Source: a virus
DNA length: 64,000 nucleotides
Virus record (IMG/VR): IMGVR_UViG_3300022188_000007
Span: 64,001 to 128,000 of that record
Reading direction: 5' to 3' (one strand)
The notes under the pieces were generated by a model, which saw only the letters and a list, made by a program, of their open reading frames with translations, did not search any database and had not been told where the DNA came from. A program made the translations under genes and the position numbers. Within the stretch, counting starts at the first letter, position 1, and every line of letters starts with the position of its first letter. Positions 20,801 through 29,800 of this stretch are shown here, piece after piece.

Positions 20801-23800
20801 ACTAAGTTATATTAAAGATGCTGTTAAACACATGTCTGATGTTGAGACTGCTATGGCTAGATTACAGATGGTGATGAATCCATTAACTACTGATTTCGAC
20901 TCTCTACAAAAAGCAGCTTTAGGTTTTGCTAAGCAGTATGGTGTGGAGACTACGGATGTTTTAGGTAGTATGAAGGTATTTGCACAGCAAGGTTTGAGCC
21001 AAGGGGAAGTAGAAGAGAGGACCCAAACTTCTACATTAGCAGCTAATGTTACAACTTTGAGTGCTGTAGACGCTACTGAAGCCTTAACTGCAGCTATGAA
21101 GGTATTTAGAGCCGAGGGTGAGAGTTCTATGAGGTTCTTAGATTCTTGGAGTCAAGTAGAGGCAAGGGCAGCTATTACAGCCGGCGATTTAGCCGATGCC
21201 ATAAAAAAATCAGCTTCTGCTGGTAGGAATGCCGGGTTCACTTTTGATGAGTTGAATGGTATGGTAGCTGCTATAGGGTCTACTACACGTCAAACAGGTA
21301 AAGAGGTAGGTACTTCTTTAAGATTTATCTTCAGACGAATTTCAGCGGATAAAGGACCTAAAGCTCTAAAAGGTGTAGGAGTAGCAACTACTACACCGAA
21401 AGGCACACTCAGACCTGGTTATAAGGTACTTGAGGATTTGGCAGGTAAGTGGGAAGAGTTAGAACAAGCTCAAAAACTAAGTATAGCCCAGGCTATTGGT
21501 GGTACTCGTCAGTACAACCAGGTATTAGTATTGATGGATAACTGGGACCAAGTAGTGAAAAGCACAACCGATAGTATGAATGCTAAAGGTTCAGCTGAAA
21601 GAAGAAACCTTAAGTTGATGAAAACTTATTCTAAGCAATTAGAACAAACTAAAGCAGTCTTTTCTGCGTTAAAAGTAGAAGTAGGTAAAGTAGTTCTTCC
21701 TAGTTTTAAAGCAGGTCTAACCGGTATAAGAGGATTGGTAGAAGCGGTGAATAATGTCCCCGCATCTTTTAAATTAGCTGGAGCCGGGATGGTGTTATTT
21801 GTGGGATATATAACTAAAGGGGCTGAGGCCCTTAATACCATAATGAGCCTAGTAGATAGAACTAAACTTTCTTTTTCAGCCCTAAAAGATGATTTTTCTA
21901 AAGGGATAGATAAAGGGATGTTTGAGGTCTTTGGTAAAGGTACTCCAGAGCTAGATTCAGATTTATTTGGTCTTTCTAAGTTAAGTGATACTGGTACTGT
22001 AAATATTGATGATATGGAAAGCTCTTTAGGTAAGTTAGCTTTCGGGGCTTTATCAGCAGGTCAAGCCTTCAATAAATTCGCAGGCATAGTAGGCTCTGAC
22101 TCTGCGTCTGCAGTTTCTGCAGTCGGTAAATACGTGACAGCCTTTGGCGCTCTAGTAGAAAAAACAGGCACCGGTATATCTTTAATACCAGGGATACCTG
22201 GTCCAGTAGACGAAGCTGTAGGGGTAGCAACAAGCTTTACAGGCAAAGCAATAAAAGGTACTGGCGGAGCTTTTGATTTTGTAGGTGATAAGGTGGGTAA
22301 AGGGGCCCAGTCCTGGATGGAGGGCTTTGCTTCACAGAATACATCTGCAATGAAATCAATGGCCCCACTTTTAGGTACATTAGGGGGGATAGCTTTATTA
22401 GCCCCAACAATAATAGACGCATTCAAAAACTTAACTCAATCTGCAACAGACTATAAAGATGAGCAGTTAAATAGGTTGGAGGTAGATGCTAAGGAGATTG
22501 ATTCTCTACAGGGATTAATTACTTCATATAAAAATTTACAAGATCAGAAAGAGAAGATAACTAGATTATCAGACCCAAAGGTTCAGGCTAAGGGTATAAA
22601 ACGTGGCGAATATAAAAGCCCTATCTTGGAAAAGATTGACGCTTTAAAGGCTACTAGAACATTTGATTCTAACTTAGGCGCTATGGACCCTAGCATGATA
22701 GCAGGTTTCGATGAGTTTGGCCGTGTAATATTAAGTAATACAGCTAATCTAACAGGATATCTAGAGGAATTAAAAAGAGCCAAGACTGTCACACTAGCCT
22801 TATCTAAACTTAAAATAGCAGCCCGTTTTACAGACGATCTTACTGAGACGGGGGGCAATCAAGAATGGAAGCAGCAGGTTAAATCACTTGCAGCCGAATT
22901 CCCATTAATTGGTGAAATGTTGGCTAAGAATATCACTGTAGGGCCTAAGAAAGCACTAGAAGTTATAAGAGAAGAGCTAGATCAACTTTTAGCGGCTAAA
23001 GCAGAAGCCCCTATGTCTACGGCATTTGATTCAGACATAGAGAGATCATTAACAGCACATGCTAAAGTATTAAAAACTTTCAGTGCTACATATGCAGAAC
23101 TAGGTAAAACCTTAAGTAGTATAAGTACTGAAGGTGCTACTGTAACTGATATCGCGGATCTATATAAATCACCAGACGCATTGAAGACGTTTGATCTTCA
23201 GGCCGCATATGAAGATAAATACCAGATTGCTGAAGTAAGGGGAACTGTTAGTGGTAGAGACATCGCAGCATCTAAAGTATTAAGAACTCAATCAAGTGGA
23301 CTGGGTTCTTATATAGAAGCGTCTAGTGTTCTTACTGAAGCTAATTTATTTTCGGCAGGACGATTACCTAGGAAACCCAAGAAAGATGGCACTATAGGTG
23401 CATCAGATAATGACCTTGTTACACTTAATAAAAACTTTGCAGAGAAATATGGTATTGCTACAGGCCAAGCTACTTTGAAAATAGGTAAAGACCATAAGTT
23501 ATTCTTAGAATTTATAGACGCACTCACAACAACCCCGACTACTAAAGAGTTTTCACAAGCAGAAATTGAAGCAGCAGCAAGAGCTTTTTTCCCTGTTGAT
23601 GAGATATTACAAAAGGCCCAAATAAGTGTAACTAAGCTTAATACTTTTGTAGCTGGAGCGTCAGCAGGTATATTAGGGGTATCTGAAAAAAAATTAAATA
23701 CACGTCAGTTTGATTTAGGTGAACGCTTCTACGATCAAATTCCTACTAATGTATTATTACAGACTGAAAAAGGTTACAATACAAAAACAGGTACTTTTGG

Positions 23801-26800
23801 AAAACAGGACTATAAAGAAGATTATAGTTCAGACTTTATTGATAAGTATTATGATCCCCTACAAAAGTATAACACAGCCAAATCTGCCTTAGGGGGAGAC
23901 AACGCCTCATTGGACGCCTCAGTATTAGGAGGTCTGGCCGAACAACTTCGAGGCCTACAAGATATTTTAAAAAACAATTCAATAGCTTTTCAATATAGAG
24001 CAGCAATAGAGGATTTAAATAAAGCACTGTATGAGGGGGCTAGAGCCACAAGGAAAAGTATACTTGTAGAACAAGAAAGGCAAAAAGTTGATAAACATAC
24101 TGCTGGGTTTATGCGCGGTAAAACTAAAGGCGTGGCTTCTATTGATCAGGGGGTTACTAACTATAAAGATTTAAATGATCAGCAAAGAGCCTCGTTAATG
24201 TTTAAAGATTATGATGCCCTAGCAAAGAAAATTCTTGTACAAGAGACTAGTATTGAAGGCTTAATAGGCCAGTCTAAGTCAGTTGCAAGCACCTATGCGG
24301 ATATCCAAGAGATAGGTAAAGCTCCTGAAGGTTTTGATGCAATAATGACTAGGGGCCGTAATGTTGAGTTAATGAGTATTATGGATAAAGTAGATAACGA
24401 TAAGGGGGCTGCTCAAATTTCAATGAGAGTTTCGGAACTGAAGTCTCCTTTAGAGGGTATTTTAGCGAACACCGACATAATGGCCGCCAATACCTATGGA
24501 AGACCAGGGGATATTAAAAGAGCTGCAGCTACTGCAGAAGAGAACTTAGTTATAGCCGAACAAAGGAAGCTTGCAGGTAAAGGCCCATTGGATAATACTG
24601 TTGACAATAAAACTGATCCAGTGAAAACATTCAAAAGTCTTCAGAAACTAATGACCATCAGAGACGCCGCCGCAAAGGAAGGAGATACTGTTACTGTACG
24701 TGCACTGGACAATACACTTGCTGATTCTTATGGTAGGGCTTTGAAAGTATATGGTATGAAGGATTTTGCTAGGTTAACTAAACTAGTTGCTCCTACCAAG
24801 TTTTTTTCTTCCAATAACAAGGAATTAGTGGCATCAAGGGCATCCGCTTTAGCACAAAAAGGTATAGGTACAACTCCAGACAGAATGATGCAATCTATAG
24901 AGTCTGCTAAGATGGCAAAAGCCGCCCTAAGGACTCAGAGCTTTATTGATAAGTTAACTGCCTTTAAAGCCCCTGAGAAAGAGATCGAGCGTGCAAAGAA
25001 TAGGCAGTGGTATGTACCTTCTAAAGAAGTAAGGGACTATGAAAAAGCCTACGCAACAGATCCCAGTAAACCACTAATAAATCCTAAAATATTTGAGAAG
25101 GCTCTAATCGCTGGAGCAATACTTCCTGCTTTTCAGGGGAAATCTTTGGGTGAGAAGAGAACTACTATAGAAGATCAAATAAACAGGTTACAGAAACAAA
25201 AAGATAATTACCCTAAGGAAGGTAAAGAGGCTGAAAAGCTAGGGATTGATAAAAAAATAGAAGGCTATCAAAAGATATTAACGGATGATTTAGATCCTCA
25301 ACAATTTGTAACTTCCACTTTACAAGGGCTATCAACAACAGCACTTGCTGCATACGAAGGGGTGGGAATATTCGGAGGCTCCCAGTCTGATAAAGAAAAT
25401 ATGGCTGCCGTAGGTGCAGGTCTTTTTGTTATAATGAAATCACTAGAGTCTAGAATAGGTAAAGACAATATGCCACAATATTTCAAGGACTTTTCTAAAG
25501 AAGCAGTGGATAAGATTAAGATCGCGGTTGAAACAGGAGATTACTCTGATATGGCCAATGATCTAGGTAAAAAAACCAAAAAGTTTTTAAAGGGTTTTAA
25601 TAAGTCCATGGAAGCTCAAACCGAAAAGGCGGAAGACGCAGGCATTGACCCTGAGAAAGACATTAGAGAACGTCGTAAAAGACTAAAAAAGTTAAATGCT
25701 ACCCTGGATCTGGAGAGTACTACTAAGTCTCTTAATGAGGTCACTGATGTAGGGAGCAACAATTTGTTGAGAGGGTTAGAAGCCATAGCAGTTGTAATGA
25801 CTGCGCAAGCAGTTGGGGGCTGGAAATCTAAAAAAGGGGAAACAGCAGCCAGAGTCAAGGATGGTGTAAACGTAGCTAAACAACAAGGTCTAGCTTCTTT
25901 AGCTTACTCTGAAAAGAATGCTGCAGCCGTAGATGCCTACATAGGAAAGCTTGTACTGACCCAAAAGGAGTTGGCAGAGAAGAAAGGTCCTGATGGCGGA
26001 GCAATTAATATAGTTATGGATGTTATGGAGGACTTTAAAACTAGTTTAACATTGGCTGCTGCCGAAGGTAAAACACTTGAGGAAGCAATGTCAGGGCTTC
26101 AAGATAAAATAGGTGACACTAAAGTTTTTACCGGTATTTACACAGATGTGGCTAAATTAATAGGAGCTATGGAGAACTTTAGAGCAGAACTTCAAAAATC
26201 ATTTACAACTTTTGATGATAAACGTTTATTAGATCCTACACGTTCTTTAAAGGGAGAGTTATTGGGTTTTGGGGGCGAGACAACTCTTCCAATAGGTAGA
26301 CGTGACATGTCGACTCAACAAAGAGCTTACGCAGGTGGGTCAGACTCCTTAAGGTCATCCTTTGCAGTAATGTCTAAAGGGATTTTGATACAAGAGGCCC
26401 AAATAAAAACTTTAGGTTTTGTTAGATCTCAGATAGCTGACACTGAACAAAATATAGATTTTGGTACCAAATATGGAACATCTGATTCACAATTAGAAGC
26501 TTGGGAGATGCACTTAAAGGGGCTTGAAGGCACTCTGGCTAACTTACAAAACGTGACTACTTTAACTAGCCAACAGTTGCAGGCGTTGGGTACTTCTATG
26601 CGAGGGGCTATTAAGTACTCAGAGGCTATCAACAAATTAAATGATGCTTTGGCAGATGTTTCTGTGGAGCACGCTGTAACTGGTATAACAGGATTAAAAA
26701 CTTATTTTGATTCTTTTGAGGTGTTGCTAGGTGGCTCAGATCCGTTAGCCGCCCAACCTGTTTCACCAGAACAAGAAAGAATGGGAGCTAAGGTAGGAGT

Positions 26801-29800
26801 AAGATTAGTTTCTGGTGAATCAACCTCTATGGATATAGAACGTGCCCAGTTACTCACAGAGATAAAGAATGCCACAGACTCTAAATCTAGAACTGCTGCT
26901 AGTATAAAACTAGGAGATCTTGATGAGAAGTATAGAAGGTTAGGTATTGATAAAGAACAACAAGTCGAGAACCAGCGGCTTGGTTCTACTATGAAGCCTT
27001 ATGAGGATTTTTACCGTAATATGGAAGGGTTGTTAGGAAGTAATGAATTAAATGATAAACAATATGGAGAAATTAGTGGCGTTAAAAATGAATTTAAAGA
27101 AGCCATGAAAAGAGCTACGGAAAAAATACCTATAGATGAGGCAATAGCTCAGCTGGAAGGGCAAAAAGACAACTTAGGGGCTAATCAATTCAAGGAAGCC
27201 ATGAAAGAATTAGTGGCAATGAAAGCAACAGGGACTACACAAGTATATAGAGGTATGGATAGAACCAAAGACTGGCAAGGTATTATGAGTAGAGTCATGG
27301 CAGGTTATGATAAAGAAATAGATGCATACAAGGCTGCAACCGGTACTACTGATTTAGATACTTCTTTAGAAAACATGGTAACTAACCCACTAGTAAATGT
27401 TATTGGGATGTCTAATCTACTTCTAGCTGAATTAGTGACACACTTTGTAGACAAAAAAACTGCGGCAGACATACTCAATGGGCCTCAAAAAAAAGAGTTA
27501 GAACCAGATTACTTATTTTCTTCAATAGTCCCTGATAAAAAAGTTGTATTAGCAGAAGCACAAGATTTTCTGAAAGGCATTAGTATTAATCCTGCGGACA
27601 ATTTAAAAACACAGCCATATGATTTCAATAACGACAATATTGATCCAAATAGAGGCCGCCCTACATTGTTTGGTAGACCTGTAGGTCCAATAAGTAAAGA
27701 TGCGCTTGGGTTGCCTCCAATACAAGATAAGGTAGTACCTCCACCTCCAACAGAGGTCGAATTAGCTGCTAAAAAGCATCCTAGGTTTAAGGAAATGGAG
27801 ACTTACGTGAAAAATATAAGCCTTGATCCTATAGCTAATTTAAAAACAGAGCCATTTGGCCCTAATTCTGAGCAAGACAATTCACAAATTGTAGCTGTAA
27901 ATGAACTTCAGTTAGTAACTCTAAAAAAAATAGCTACCAGTCTTAGCAGTAATGGTTCTGGTGATTCCACTGAACCTACTACTAAAGCCGCAGGCGGAAG
28001 AATCTTTGGAGAAGGTGGTCCAAGAGAAGATAAGGTACCCGCTTATTTAAGTCCAGGAGAGTTTGTAATAAGAGCAGCTGCTGCACAACGGCTTGGTTAT
28101 GAGAATCTAGATGTAATGAATAAGAAAGGGCAGGTCCCTGTGGCTTTTGAGAGTGGGGGCTCCTTAAACCAGAGGCACATAACACAAGCACATCAGTATT
28201 TTGTAGATCCTGATGCGGTACTGCCCCCAGAGTTTAATCCAGAGTCAGAGCTATATAATAAAGGAATAACAGGTAAATATATTGATTTACGGAAGTCAAT
28301 GCTTTCTGAAGAACAGCGGGAAGCTGTTGCAGGTATCTCCACATTAAAGGGATTATATAATACTTTTTCTGATATGGCTGGTAATGATGAGGATAAATTA
28401 AATTCTTTATTTCCTGAAGATATAATGCCTGTAATGGAGCGTTTCGAAGAGAACAAAAAAGCCCAAGAAGAGAAAGGTATATTGGGTTGGATGAAAGGAA
28501 AATTAAAAACCAAAAATAAGGCAACAGCAGGTGCAAGGGCAGTTACAGGCCTTGATAAGGCCGAGTTATTAAAAGAAATAAGTACCTATGCTGACGGTGG
28601 CCGAACCATTAGTACTGTTACTGGTAAACCTATACCCACAGCAGAGGAAACAGAAGAGGGTATGGCAAAGATGCGAGAAGCTTTAGGTTTTGTAGCTTCT
28701 GTAGGTCACCCAATTACTTCTATCCCCACCTCTATCTATGGCATGTATCAAGGTTTTAAAGAAAAAGGTCTTAGTGCCCAACCAGCTGTTGAAGGTTTTG
28801 GGGGCTTAGAACTATTAAATTATATACCACAGGCTAAAAGACTCGGTAAAATGAAAACAATTTTAAGTAAAGGTTTTGGTAGATATTTTGATAACGCAGG
28901 GGACGTGAATGATTATTTTGATATTACTGGTAAGTTAGGGGGTAAACTAACTTCATCACACGGAGATGATTTTGACGCGTTACTAGCTTCCGAGAATACT
29001 TTTGAGGAGGGCGGCTTATCTCTTTGGGATAAATTACTGGGTAAACAGTTCGATCCTACAGAGAGATGGAAGGGTAAAAAGTTACCATCAGGTATGGGAA
29101 AATTTGATAAACCTGAGGTGACAAAAAAATTAGAAGACGAAATAAAAGCTACAAAACGCCATGATGTTCATTCTTTTAGTTTCCTACGCGAAAAACATGG
29201 TTTTGTGAAAGCATTACAACTTTATGGTGCAGGATCTCGTTTACAAGAAGGGGCAGATATATTAAAGAAGGCTGATGGTGGTAAGATAAGAAGTTTTATA
29301 GGTGATTCCACAGGAGTAGCAGAGGTAGGAGAAGAGTTATTTAATGAAAGAATCAATGCCCCTGTACTAACTCGGTCTGTGGCCAGTATGATTAAATCAG
29401 AGTTTGGCACCTCAGACGTAGGTAACAATCAATTAGGTGCGCCAGTAGATAAATTAATGGGCACTTCGTTTGATCCATCTGCTACCATGTTAAAAGATAG
29501 TAGAGCTTTTACAGCTGTTGGTAATAATATAAAATCATATGCTTCTACAGCCGATTTTAATACCGGTAGAGCGAAGTCTGATAAATTGAAGGGCAATATA
29601 GGTAAAGGTAATATAATCCCAGGTATGGATGGATTAACCTCTATATATGATGGATTCTTAACTTCCAAATACAATAGCCCCTTCTTATCGCAAGAAGAGC
29701 AATCCAACAATAGGGCTTGGTATGAAGCCACTAGAGAGCAAGAGATAACCAATAAACAGAAATATGAATTATTAGGTGATGCAAAAACAGACGCAGATAG

